A DNA stretch of 63,337 bases, counting the filler, from Octopus bimaculoides (taxonomy: Eukaryota): NCBI RefSeq assembly GCF_001194135.2. It is 8 parts of 7 records of this genome, joined end to end, with 100 filler letters (N's around TTAATTAATTAA, not from the genome) between each part and the next. Parts side by side here need not be neighbours in the genome. Positions count along the whole stretch, not along the records: positions 1 to 24,066 come from NC_068985.1; 7 more parts are not named here. One strand, 5' to 3'. Under the pieces are notes generated by a model that saw nothing but the letters and a program-made list of their open reading frames with translations, was not told where the DNA came from and did not search any database. Both the position numbers and the translations under genes were made by a program. Shown here in pieces: positions 10,154-22,595 of this stretch (its first letter is position 1; each line of letters starts with the position of its first letter).

Positions 10154-12390
10154 TCATTGTGAGTTCCTGATAATATGTAATCCAATACAACCTATTACAC
10201 GTTCACGTCATCAGAGACTACCAGGTCAACCAGGTGAAAAGGGTTGGCAGGAATCCTGCAGGATGAAAACAATGTCTGTCAAAAAGTCAAGTGACATTAT
10301 TGTGAACCATTATTTGCAATTGTATGCAGAGTGTCATAGAATATACTCAAATGATCCCATTTTAGTATATTCTATGATATCCCTGCATATACTTGCAAGA
10401 TGAGGGAATTCATTCTACTGCAACTTTGGGACTGATGCACTACTAGTTCTTATCAGAACAGTTGTCAAAGGAAAAGGTAGATGGTACTTCTTAGTTGGGG
10501 TTATGTCAACTCATTTGCACTGTCCTTCTGCCTTATGAGTGAGTCCTGAGGATAGGAAAGTACGTCCAAAGAGAAAATCCAGTTACAATAATACTTTTAA
10601 GGTAGTTTCCAACAACTAGATATCTGGCAGTTTCTTACAACTAGGAGGAGATACCAATTTCTTGAGTATTTCGTTCCACAGGATCTAATTTCTTCTTAGC
10701 AAAGAAACTGATAATTGGAAATATGCACCCAAAACACTTCTCTAAAGCTTCATAATACAGGTACTTTTTCTTTACAATATAGATCAGGGATCTTGGTACT
10801 TAAAGGTAGAGTATTCATTGTGAGGGCAAAAGTTAGAGTACCTTTTAGTTCCTCCCTAATGACATGTACATAAGGCAGCAAGACATCTCCAATAATCCCA
10901 GTTTTGAGCATAGTCACCTGCATAAAAAGGAACACTTGCCATGCACATCTGTGATGATAAAATTCTTACAGCTTCTATTTCTTCGCTCCTGAGCTTACAT
11001 TACGGTTGTAGCATAGTCAAGAGCATTTATGATTCTCTGGTCCCGTAGTTTCAACCTCCATTATTGCAGCTTCATTTAACCTATCTTTAGACACACACAC
11101 ACACACATACACACACAGATAGAGAAAGAGAGAGGGGAGAGAGAGAGATACAAATTAAAAGTTGTTCATCAAAATAAAATTCCTTACTTTATGAATCAGC
11201 AGTAAGTTCAAAACATTAAGGAGTCATCTCATTTGCCCCATTTTTACTGTTGTTGTTCAGTAGATCTTTTTGCAGTGTGTGTATGTGTGTGTGGAAGTTG
11301 TTGGAAGTGGGTGCTTTTAAATTGTTGTTGCTCATTTTGTAAATTCACCGACACTCAGAAAGAACCAAAATAATAACTCTTTAAACATTCTCAAGATTGT
11401 TTCTGAAGTTTCTAGGTGAGGGTGATAGGTTCTTTTTTTTTATTTGCATCATATTTGTGCTTTTTTAAAATTATTTCAAATATTTGTCTATCTTTTATTT
11501 CTCTTTTCCTTCCTCTCCCTCTCTTTGATTTTTTTTTTTTTTTTTTTTTTTNNNNNNNNNNNNNNNNNNNNNNNNNNNNNNNNNNNNNNNNNNNNNNNNN
11601 NNNNNNNNNNNNNNNNNNNNNNNNNNNNNNNNNNNNNNNNNNNNNNNNNNNNNNNNNNNNNNNNNNNNNNNNNNNNNNNNNNNNNNNNNNNNNNNNNNNN
11701 NNNNNNNNNNNNNNNNNNNNNNNNNNNNNNNNNNNNNNNNNNNNNNNNNNNNNNNNNNNNNNNNNNNNNNNNNNNNNNNNNNNNNNNNNNNNNNNNNNNN
11801 NNNNNNNNNNNNNNNNNNNNNNNNNNNNNNNNNNNNNNNNNNNNNNNNNNNNNNNNNNNNNNNNNNNNNNNNNNNNNNNNNNNNNNNNNNNNNNNNNNNN
11901 NNNNNNNNNNNNNNNNNNNNNNNNNNNNNNNNNNNNNACAAATGTATATGTACATATAAAATAATATAAAGCAATATTTTTTAAAAAATTAACAATAATA
12001 ATTTAATTAAATAAAAAAAATTAAAATTTCATTTTACAAGTAAAATAAGAATTTACTTTTCATTCCATTTTTCGAAAGAATTATATCGTGTTGGGTTTCA
12101 GAACAATGACACACAGTAAAAAAAAAAAATTTAAATTAAAAAATAAAAATGAAAAATAAAAATAAAAAAGATATAAGGGAGAAATAGAGAAAAAAATAAT
12201 AATTCATCTAAATATAAATGATAGCAAAATAGAACAGCTTTTAATCTAGGCTTGCTTTATCCCTTCAAAGAATTACCAAAGATTGGTTTCCCTTGAGGAG
12301 ACTGCACTTAAGTCTTAAATTCTCCTTCAAAATAATATTATTTTAAGTTGCAGGAGTAGGGGAGCAAAAATTATTATCATCATCATCATC

Positions 12391-12422
<32 letters not shown>

Positions 12423-14291
12423 TATTTTCTTTCGCTTGTGTACGTTTATGCTTGTAAGTGTCTGCTATATGTGTCTCTGTGTGTTTGATAGGGAGGTGAG
12501 GTGTGCGATTTTTATTTCATCTTCCTTCAATTTCTTCTTCATTTACTGTTATCATCATATCATCGCCAACATCATCAACAACTACTTCCAAAGTATTCAA
12601 GGTTTGTCTTGAATCCCGGGCCGTGTGTTACAATACCAAAGCACTGTTCCCACCATTGTGGCATCTTTATTTATTCTGCACTTTCACCATTCTTATTTCT
12701 TTCAATAGCTTGGCACATTTTTCTGTTTGTACAAAACTAAAACTCACCACAGCCCTCCACTACATGCCACGCACCACCTACCATAGTTTATATTTCACAA
12801 AAAAATTTGCTTTTTTATCTCTTCCTTCTTCCTTTCTTTCTTCCTTTTTATTCTTGATTTTCATTTATATTTTAAATTACACAATACTTTTTTTTGTTTT
12901 TTAATTCAAAGTTTTGTACAATTTTCAAGGAAACAGATCTTCTAGTCATGTTTTTGTTATACTTTCAACACAAACACACATGGACATGCTTGTAGGCAAT
13001 ACTGTATTAAAAGGTTTATCACAATGACTTGCAGACTGAGTACACACAGCTCTTTTGTGGGGCACCTCTTCATTCAATATGTGACTGCATCACTTGTCTT
13101 TGTTGCATGCTGAAGAAAGGAGGCAGCACAATAGGACATTAGTCGTGTTTTGTTTAATAGCATAGAACATTTTGTGTTTATAGTAAAGAATGGTATATTC
13201 GTGCCACACTTTTACCCATGAATTAACCTACTGCAGAATCTATAGTATTATTAGTAGTAGTGGTAGTAATAGTTGTTGTTGTTGTTGTTGTTGTTGATAT
13301 TGCTGCTGTGATAAGCTTCATAGATAATGTATTTCAAATTTCAAATTTTTAAATTCAATATGGGTAGCATCGAAATTATGAACAAACAATCTGTTAAAAT
13401 GTTTCCTTCTTTGAGGAAGTTCTTTGAAAATTTTGAACAAAATGTTACTTTTGAATATTTCAAATTGTTTTCACTTCCTCTTCTCTCTCATTCTCATTTC
13501 CTTTTATTTTCCATTTATTTATATTATTATATTTTAATTTTTTTGTCATTTATTTTCTGCCAATGCTCATCAGCAAAGCCAACAATACAAAGTTAGTACT
13601 TTGCGTTGTCATATTTCTTTTATAATTTATCAAAGTTGTGTTTGGTAGTTTGTATTGGCGTTATCTAGTTTGATGTTTCACTATTATTTCAGGACAACGG
13701 TAGATATTCAGGTTAACTCATCTAATTCAAAAATGGTGAATTGTTGTATCACACAGTTTTACTATCTGCAGGCAATGGTACATTTTTGTATTCACTCTTC
13801 TTTCATTGTACTATTCAGATTCTATTAACAATTTTTACAATAGTTTTCTTCTTGTTATCAATGTAATTAATATTAATTTAATTATTGTCATTAACAGAAG
13901 TATTTACATGCATCTCTTTGCAGTCTGGGTTCAAACCCAGCGAGGATTGACTATTGTATTTCATTCTGCTAGAGTTGACCAAATATGCACCCTTGAAGTA
14001 CTTGGATGGATATTAATCAAATATATTATTCTGCCAGAATTTGTGGTCATGTGCTCATGTTAGAAATTATTCATTTTACAACCACATGGTTCTGGGTTCA
14101 ATCATATGTGACAATCATAACCTTGGGTAAATATCTAGCACAATGGTTTCAAAATTAACAGTTGTATGTCACCTACCCATCCCCCCCAAGAAAAAAGAAT
14201 TAGTAGAAGCTTTTTACCACACCTCTTTATTAATGATAAACAAAATTGAGACTAGTAAAGTAACTAGTAAGAAAATCTCCTTTAAGAGATG

Positions 14292-14680
14292 AAAATAGTA
14301 ATTATACTGAGAAGTAATGTTTGTCATCACTTCAACAGGACTGTTCCATACAAACTGACATTACTACTATTTTTAACCTCAAGAGGATGCCTCCTCTAAC
14401 TAGTTAATGATGCTATCTGCACCTGATATATACCTCAAGCAGGGGAGTGAACCTCTACCATCTTCTAATGACTTAACAGGACCACCAGACTAGGTTGGTT
14501 TCAGGCTGTCTTTGCCCATTTCAGGCTGTCCATTAGAGATAGCTGTAGTTCACTGCAGCAAGCAATATGTAGAAAACCAAGCAACAATTAGCTACTGGTC
14601 TTGCAACAAGCAAAGTAGCTAGTTAGAAAGATGGAAGTAGTAACTATACTGAGAAGTAACGTTTGTTGCCATTTCAACAT
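14292..14680. repeat. About 50-bp direct repeats roughly 340 bp apart
   Basis: gaaaatagtaattatactgagaagtaatgtttgtcatcacttcaaca versus ggaagtagtaactatactgagaagtaacgtttgttgccatttcaaca. Confidence 0.55.
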
Positions 14681-14718
14681 GTAACTCTGGCCCAACTAAT
14701 TCCTTGGGAGTAAATTTA

Positions 14719-14795
14719 GTAAATGGAAATATATAATCGTCCAACCCATGCTAGCATGGAAAGCGGACGTTAAACGATGACGATGATGATGATGA
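14719..14795 (+). mobile_element. SINE-like family D, 3' tail ending in (GAT)n
   Basis: cgtccaacccatgctagcatggaaagcggacgttaaacgatgacgatgat; inverted relative to the copy at 15022. Confidence 0.65.
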
Positions 14796-15021
14796 TATAT
14801 ATATGTGTGTTTGAATATATATATNNNNNNNNNNNNNNNNNNNNNNNNNNNNNNNNNNNNNNNNNNNNNNNNNNNNNNNNNNNNNNNNNNNNNNNNNNNN
14901 NNNNNNNNNNNNNNNNNNNNNNNNNNATAGATAGATAGATAGATAACGTACTGGCAGTGCTCCAGCATGACCACAGCTTTAGGGCTGAAATATATAAAAG
15001 AATGAAAGAAATGAATCATCG

Positions 15022-15424
15022 TCATCATCATCATCATCATCATCATCATCGTTTTACGTCTGCCTTCCATGCTGGCATGGGTTGGACGGTTTGACTGAGG
15101 ACTGGTGAGCCAGAGGCTGCACTAGGCTCAATTTGATCTTGCAGAGTTTCTACAGCTGGATGCCTTTCCTAACGCCAACCACTCCAAGAGTGTAGTGGGT
15201 GCTTTTACGTGCCACTGGCATGAGGGCCAGTCAGGTGATTCTGGCAACGACCATGCTCAAAAGGTGTCTTTACGTGCTACCTGCATGGGAGCCAGTCGAG
15301 CGGCACTGGCAACGACCACGCTCGAATGTTTTTCACATGCCACCAGCACATGTGCCGGTAAAGCGACGCTGGCAATGATCATGTTCGAATGGTGCTTTTC
15401 CCGTGTCATCGGCACGGGAGCCAA

Positions 15425-15425
<1 letters not shown>
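15022..15425 (-). mobile_element. SINE-like family D with internal ~60-bp tandem repeats
   Basis: (CAT)n tail, ccatgctggcatgggttggacgg, ctggatgcctttcctaacgccaacc, then repeats of the type gtgcttttacgtgccac.ggca.g.g.gccagtc...ctggcaacgacca.gctc. Confidence 0.7.
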
Positions 15426-15460
<35 letters not shown>

Positions 15461-15463
<3 letters not shown>

Positions 15464-16220
15464 TGGGTCATCCCACAAATAATGCTGTTTTTTAATACTT
15501 CTTTTATTTTTCAAAATTAAGGTGAACAAAGTTCTTTTTTAATCTAAAATACACTCTCCTTCATTTTCTACAATGCTCTTCCATCTATTTGGTAGACTTG
15601 CAATGCCCCTCTTCCAAAAATCATTTGTCCGTGATGAAAAATACCCATCAGTATTGTTCTAACCTCATCAACACAATTCATATTTTTTCCATCCAAATGG
15701 TTTTGAAGACTGCAGAATAAATGTTAATCAGACGGGGGCAAAGTCCGGAGAATATGGTAGGTGGGGTATCGGTTCCCATTCAAACTACTCCAGCCTTTCA
15801 AATATCATCCTTGCCGTATGTGGCCGAGCATTACCCTCATGGAAGAACACCTTTCATCTCGAAAGCAAAGATAGTCAATTTTCTTCTAGTGCTGGCTTAA
15901 ATCACACATGCTGCTTGCAGTAGATCTCCTTTGTTATCATTTAGTTTGGGTTTAAAAGTTCAAAGTGGACTAAACATTTCATATCCCACCAAACAGATAG
16001 CAACACCTTACGTGGGTGAAGACCTTCTTTAGCCTGGGGTGCTGGTGTTTCTCTTTTCCCTACTCACTGTCTTCAAGACTTGACATTTTTATAGAGAGCC
16101 CATTTCTCATGAGACATGACAGCAAAGAATAGCACACATTCACTTTTTGTGCACAATTAGATTCAGAAAGTTTGTGAAGAACCCACTGACCCAATTTGGT
16201 GACTTTTCTGATGGCATGTA
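15461..16220 (-). pseudogene. mariner (DD34D-type) transposase remnant, 5'-truncated
   Basis: Multi-stop translation: GLHPRKVLLSVWWD...VHFELL...FFHEGNARPHTAR...WEPIPHLPYSPDFAP...YFSSRTNDFWKRGIASLPNRWKSIVENEGECILD* (stop near 15539). TIR-like cattgggtcatcccacaaataatg at 15461. Confidence 0.9.
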
Positions 16221-16410
16221 TTGTTTCAGTTATTTGACTGCGGCCATGCTGGAGCACTGCCTTTAGTCAAACAAATCGATCCCAGGACTTATTCTTTTAT
16301 AAACCTAGTACTCATTCCATTGGGCTCCTTTGCCGAACTACTAAGTTACAGGAACGTAAACACACCGACATTGGTTGTTAAGCAATGGTGGAGGGAAAAA
16401 CACAGACAAA
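16221..16410 (-). mobile_element. SINE family A, 3' half
   Basis: ttgtttcagttatttgactgcggccatgctggagcac... matches 25595 and 28505. Confidence 0.85.
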
Positions 16411-18079
16411 CATATACATATACATACATATATATATATATATATATATTATTCTAGAGTACGTCCTGTCTGGTCTTCGAAACGTCTAGATAGAATAGAG
16501 ACAGCTGATGAAGGGATATTCCAAGGGGCTTTCCGTTTTCCTAGGTGTTCGTTCCGTTGTCTGTAGTTTATTGTTCTAACGTCCTGTACCCTGATATGCA
16601 TGTATATACACATGTAGATGTAAGTATGTACATATATGTGTGTATACATGTATATATATTCTTTGTATTATATATATATATATATATATACGNNNNNNNN
16701 NNNNNNNNNNNNNNNNNNNNNNNNNNNNNNNNNNNNNNNNNNNNNNNNNNNNNNNNNNNNNNNNNNNNNNNNNNNNNNNNNNNNNNNNNNNNNNNNNNNN
16801 NNNNNNNNNNNNNNNNNNNNNNNNNNNNNNNNNNNNNNNNNNNNNNNNNNNNNNNNNNNNNNNNNNNNNNNNNNNNNNNNNNNNNNNNNNNNNNNNNNNN
16901 NNNNNNNNNNNNNNNNNNNNNNNNNNNNNNNNNNNNNNNNNNNNNNNNNNNNNNNNNNGCCCCCATAAAAGATTATGTAATTCAAAATACAAACAATAAC
17001 AAGCCATGAAATAATTTTTTATTTTTCAAAACGAAACAAAGCAGTAAGAGGGAAAATAATGTTTATTTTTGTATAGTTCCACTTTATTCATATTTGAAAA
17101 ATTTCCTCCTACTTTTTTGAATTGCAAATTCTTTGATCAGATCCTCAAAATTAATCTTAGGTTACACGTCTCTATACTTAGTAGAGATAAAGGCATCCTG
17201 AATATTATTTTAGCAAGTTTAAAGTGATTTCTTTTGTGTTGTAAACCATTTACCATTTCTGTGGTGACCTCTCCTTCTCTTGATGCCCTAAGTACATGCT
17301 TATTTTGCTTAATGGTTAATCCAGTGCTGAAGACAATAATCCAGCATGGCTGCAATCCAATGACTGAAGCAAGTAAAAGTATCACTGTATATAAGTTCCA
17401 ATTTTGCTTTGAGATCAATAAAATGAATACCAGTCAAGTGCAGGATTTGATGTAGCTGACTGTATTCCACAAGCACCATCAAAAATAAAAGATTAAAAAA
17501 ATCAAGTACTTTCATCAATATGTTTTCAAGTAACACTTGAAGAAGCGATTAAGGTTAGAAAGAGAAATGCTGTCTTCCAGTAAGTCTACTACTAAAAGAT
17601 GGGTAAGAATAATAGTGTGTATGGTCTAGATGGACTTGCTCTCAACTTGTGCTGTAAGCCAGGGACTGCATCAATGAAAGAAGGTACAACTTGCCTGTGG
17701 TAGTTAGAAAGCAGTCCGTGATTTATGTCTGGTTTTCTGATTGGCCCTCAAGCTGTAGTTCTCTCTCTCCCCCACCTCTCACTCTTTCTCCATCCATCTC
17801 ATTCTCTTTCACTCTCCCTCTTTCTTTCTCTCTCTCCCTCTCTTTCTCTCTCTCTCTCTGTCTATCTATCTATTGCTTTCTTTCTCTTTCTCTCTCTCTC
17901 TGGGCCATTTCACTGTAAATATTTCATATTTTTTTGGTTCTTGTTTGATGTAAAATCCACCATCATTTAGTAATTTGGTCTTAAAACATCTCCCCATCAC
18001 CCCACTACCACTTCATTCTTGTGGAATTAAAGGTGTAATAAAAGAAATCATTGTTATTATGATTATTATCATTATTATT

Positions 18080-18300
18080 GAGCCAACAGAATCATTTGCA
18101 TATTGCTTAATCATTTGCAAAATGCTTAATAGCATCTCTTCCTTCTCTCAATGATCTGAGTTCTAATTCTGCCAAAGTTGACTTTATTTTTCATCATCAT
18201 TTAGGGGGTCGATAAAATAAGTATCAATTGAGCTCTGGGGTTAATGCAATTGACTTATCCTTCTCCAATAATTGCTAACCTTGAGCCAAAATTTGAAACC
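18080..18300 (+). mobile_element. SINE family B, decayed
   Basis: ctgagttctaattctgcc...ggggtcgataaaataagta... ending in (TTA)n. Confidence 0.7.
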
Positions 18301-18318
18301 ACGATTGTTATTATTATT

Positions 18319-18780
18319 GAGTGAGAGAGCAGTGCATGCCATCAAAGTGACACTGGAGTAAAATATATGAAGCCCAGTATAACCATCATGACTTACCCGT
18401 CTGATATGAGTACACCAGATACATACATCACTCCTAAATGTACACGACATGGTGATTTCATATCAAGATAAATATTGCATGACCTTGCAGGTGAGGCCCA
18501 GTTAGAATTTTCTCTAAGGTCGAGTAGGTCCCTGTTCAAAAGGTCCTTGATTAAGGTTTGTTTAATTTTGTTAAATGAAACACCCATGTTTCCAAAGGTG
18601 AATTATCCAAATCCAAAAAAATTCCTCTCCACACATGGCTATGATGCGCCTCCACTACTTGTGCTCGTGATCAGAGACACACATATTGTCAGCCACTAAG
18701 GGACATGCTCAACTGGTTAAGGTCAAACAAATGACAAGCAAACCTGTGGTATTGAGCAGAATATTTGGTGTAGTCCATCT
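18319..18780 (+). mobile_element. Unclassified repeat family E, bounded by (TAA)n
   Basis: Homologous to 22595-23340, 44145-44680 and 59151-59617. No recognisable protein. Confidence 0.8.
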
Positions 18781-18800
18781 TTTATTATTATTATTATTAT

Positions 18801-19388
18801 ATTTTTCTTCTTTCTTCAAATTTTCTTCCATTTCTCGCCAAGTGTTTTCCGTACACCTAGGACAGAAAAACTCGTATGCATTCCCAGTTTACACACGCAA
18901 ATTCACAGGTAAAACATGTATTTAAAAAAACAAAAAAAAATTCATGAATGGATGTTGTTTTCACAGTGATAATGCTCTTCTCAGTACATGAGTCGTTCTA
19001 GTTAGCACGATTTTTTGCACTTCCTGTAGGGATGGTAAGCCTGGTATCATTTTCAAATAGGTTTCAGTACCTTTTTTTATCATTCCTAGAGATCCTACAA
19101 TCACTGGTATGGTAGTCGCCTTGAGGTGCCACATTTTTTCAATTTCTATTAGCAAGTCTTTATATTTACTGATCTTGTCAAATTCTTTTGCCGCTATATT
19201 ATGATCAGAGGGAATACTCATGTCAATTAATAAACACGTCTTCTTTGTCTGATCTTTTATAATAATATCCGGTTTATTAGCTTTTATAGTCTTGTCGGTA
19301 TGTATGGGGAAGTCCCAGAGAATTGATACATTTTCTCCCTCAGTCACAGCTTCAGGATGGTGTTTATACCATTTTTGTCAGCGGTTTT
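18801..19388 (-). mobile_element. 5'-truncated R4/Dong-like element in (TAA)n
   Basis: KWYKHHPEAVTEGENVSILWDFPIHTDKTIKANKPDIIIKD...LIDMSIPSDHNIAAKEFDKISKYKDL...IPVIVGSLG...RRALSL* (stop 18961), then a 3' UTR. (TAA)n on both sides. Confidence 0.9.
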
Positions 19389-19433
19389 ATTATTATTATT
19401 ATTATTGCCATTATTATTATTATTATCATTATA

Positions 19434-20240
19434 AGGCAAGCTGGCAGAATTGTTATCATGCTGTGAAGAAAATGCTAAGCAGTATTTTGTGTACCCTTAT
19501 GTTTTGAGTTTAAATTCTGCCGAGGTCGACTTTGCCTTTCATCCTTTCGGGATCAATGAGTACCAGTTATGGACTGGGGTCAATGTAATCGACTTAGCTC
19601 CTCCCATGAAATTTCAGGCATTGTGTCTTTAGTAGAAAGGATTATTATTATCGTTATTATTTAAGGTGGTGAGCTAGCAGAATCATTAGCAGGTTAGACA
19701 AAATGCTTAGTGACATTTCATTCGTCATTACATTCTGAGTTCAAATTCCACTGAGATCGACTATACCTTTCATTCTTTCAGGGTTTATAAAATTAGTACA
19801 AGTTGAGCATCGGGGTTGATGTAATTGACTTATCCCCTCCTTGGAAATTTCAGGCCTTCTGCCTATAGTAGAAAGGATTATTTCTATCTTTTCTTAAGAA
19901 GGTGGTAAGCTGGCAGAATGGTTAGCACGCCAGGTAAAATGTTTAGCAGTATTTCATTTCTCTTCACATTCTGATTTCAAATGCCACTGGGGTCAGCTTT
20001 GCCTTTCATCCTTTTGGGGTTGATAAATCAAGTACCATTTATGCATCGGGGTCGATGTAATCAACTGGTCCCCTTCTCACAAAATTTCAGACCTTTTGTC
20101 TATAATAGAAAGGATCATTATTATTATTAAGGCAGCATGTGGGCAGAAACATGAGAATATCACAGAAAAAAGGCTTTGCAGTATTTGCGTTCTGTTTACC
20201 AATAGATTTCAAATCTTGCTGCGATCAACATTGCCTTTTC
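19434..20240 (+). mobile_element. Head-to-tail array of four SINE B copies
   Basis: Copies at about 19434-19640, 19664-19880, 19900-20112 and 20129-20240, separated by (TTA)n tails. Confidence 0.85.
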
Positions 20241-20248
20241 TCCCTTAA

Positions 20249-20468
20249 CCTTTTAGCATTTAGACTCCTCTGTTAAATGTTATGCACATTTATTCACATT
20301 GTTTTGAATTAATCATGCATTACCTTGTAACTTCAAGATTTTGATGAATTAACTATTAATTTTTAGAATGACATTGTAGGGTTGGTATGAGAGGCGAGAT
20401 CTAACTAGTTAGAACATAAAACATATAGAATATTTTGGTCAGATATGATCTGTTTAAATGCTAAAGGC
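20249..20468. mobile_element. piggyBac-like MITE
   Basis: TTAA at 20245-20248 and 20469-20472; TIRs ccttttagcattta / taaatgctaaaggc. Confidence 0.75.
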
Positions 20469-20593
20469 TTAATGGTTGATAAAATACAGTGTCAGTGAAA
20501 TACTGGGGTCAATGGTATGGATTAGAACCTTTCTTTCAAAACTGCTGGACTTGTGGCTAAAGCAAAAGTTATCATTATTAGTAGTAGTATTAT

Positions 20594-21155
20594 TTTCTTT
20601 GGTAGTTTCATGCTAGTTTCTACTGCACCACTTGGTGTACATCCATGTTTCTGACGTGCATGTGGCATTTGTTCTTATTTTGGTGAAGATTGGCAGAGTA
20701 TAGGCTGTTCCTGTTGGTGTACTGCACCTGTTTGTTTTGTTATGTTTGTTGTTGTATTAATATTTGTTCTGTCGTCCATGGTGTATATGTAATAAGGGTT
20801 GTGCTATTATATTGGATCTTAATCTAATATATGCTGCCTGAGTTGTGTTGTGAGTTAAGGTTATTCTGTTTGAGCTATCCATTTGAATCGTGAGCTATTC
20901 TATTGAATTGAAAGCATCTCATACAAGAAGTAAACTGTTCCTCACAGATCTATTTTTTGGGTTCTTGAAATGTTGTGAACCCTGGAATGGCTTCTATGTT
21001 TCTTTTCATAATTTGTTTATCATGCCTAATACTTCAATTACTTGTGAAATTATTTTCATCCACATCTTGAATAGTTGAGTTCTATATATTTATATTTTGA
21101 TAACTTTTCCACTCCTTTTGAGGCAATATTTTCATCAGAAGGAATTGCAATATCT
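20594..21155 (-). pseudogene. Decayed R4/Dong-like 3' fragment
   Basis: DIAIPSDENIASKGVEKLSKYKYIE...NIEAIPGFTTFQE...LSIQ* (stop near 20900). The 3' UTR ends in a degenerate TAA run. Confidence 0.7.
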
Positions 21156-21169
21156 CGAGCAGAAAGAAT

Positions 21170-22090
21170 CATTGGAGCATTGGTAAAAACTGCTCTGAGA
21201 GATGATAGAGTAATGAACTGGTTAATTACTGGGGTTCATGATATAGACTAACCCCAACCCTAACTTAAAAATTGCTGGTTTTGTGTCAAAATCAGAAACA
21301 ATTAGTGTGGTGGATTGACAGAACTGTTAGGGAGTCAGACAAAATGCCTTGCAATCTTGCAGTATCTCCCCCAGCTCTTTACATTCTGAGTTCAAATTCT
21401 ATCAAAGTCAACACCATCTTCCATTTCTCCAGGGTTGACAAAATAAACTACCAGTCAAGTAGTAATTGATGGTATCAACTAAACCCCTCCCCTCAAAACC
21501 AGGTGTTGTTGTTGTTGTTGTTGTTATCATTATTATGACAAGCTGGCAGGATTATTGACTCTTCAGACAAAATACTTAATAGCATTGATTCCAGCTTTAC
21601 ATTCTGAGTTCAAATTCCACCACAGTCACTTTTGCTTTTCATCTTTTCAGAGTCAATGAAATAAGTATCAATTGAGCACTGGGGTTGATATAATACTTTG
21701 CAGTATTTGCTTTAGCTGTTTATGTTCTGAGTTCAGAATCCCACAATAGGTTACTTTGCCTTTCATCCACTTAGGGCTGATAAAATAAAGTACCATTTAA
21801 TTACTAGAGTTGATAGAATCAACTGTTCTCCTACCCCAAAAGTTTCTGGTCTTGTATCTAATTCAGAAACACAGAAGGGCAGTGAATTGGCAAATTCATT
21901 AGAGCATCAGAAAAACATGTCTTGTAATATTTGTTCCAACGCTTTATATTTTTTGTGTTCAAATCCTACTGAGATGGACTTTTCTCTTCCTTCTTCCAGG
22001 ACCAGTAAAATAAATACCAGTTAAGTACTAGGATCAACAGTATTTACTAATCTTATCCCCTCGAAATCAGCTACTTGTGTGTTCTAATTT
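21170..22090 (+). mobile_element. Cluster of decayed SINE B copies
   Basis: Repeated acattctgagttcaaattc / ataaaataagtacca / ggggttgata motifs. Confidence 0.65.
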
Positions 22091-22284
22091 GAAACAATTA
22101 CCATTATTGTTGTACTTGGAGTCTTAAGATGCACTGATCAGCCCATTCCTCTCCTAATTTTTATGTAACTCATTTGTTCTGCCCTTTACATTTTGTAAGC
22201 TCCCATGTCTTAACATTTTCTTTTTTTGTACGTATGGTTTTGTATGTAATTACCTTCAGTGGTTAAATAGAGGCGACAATAGGT

Positions 22285-22530
22285 AAGGTGTAAAAGTAAA
22301 GGCCCTCTTCAGTCATGAATGACCATGGGATTGGACTCTAGAAAGTTCCCCTCTGAAGTATAAGTCCGGGCAAGGTTATTTATAGAAGACCAACAGTCCC
22401 CCATGCATACCAGTCTCCTCTCGACACACCACTGATGTTATCCAAGAGAAAGGCAAAAGCCAATACAGTTTGGCATTTGTGATGTCACAACTCATTTCTA
22501 CAGCTGAATGAACTGGAGCAGCATGAAATA
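22285..22530 (-). mobile_element. SINE family C
   Basis: Reverse complement of the body of 57636-57973 (cttcagtcatgaatgaccatggga...aactcatttctacagctgaatgaactggagc). Confidence 0.75.
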
Positions 22531-22551
22531 AAGTGTCTTGTAATAATAACA

Positions 22552-22594
<43 letters not shown>

Positions 22595-22595
<1 letters not shown>

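Noticed and set aside
10218-10244. Collagen-like LPGQPGEKG
   Set aside because: Only about three triplets, the Gly periodicity does not continue, and there are no suitable splice sites.
10531-10568. Hammerhead-like atgagtgagtcc...ggaaagtacgtc
   Set aside because: It needs several indels to restore CUGAUGA and GAAA.
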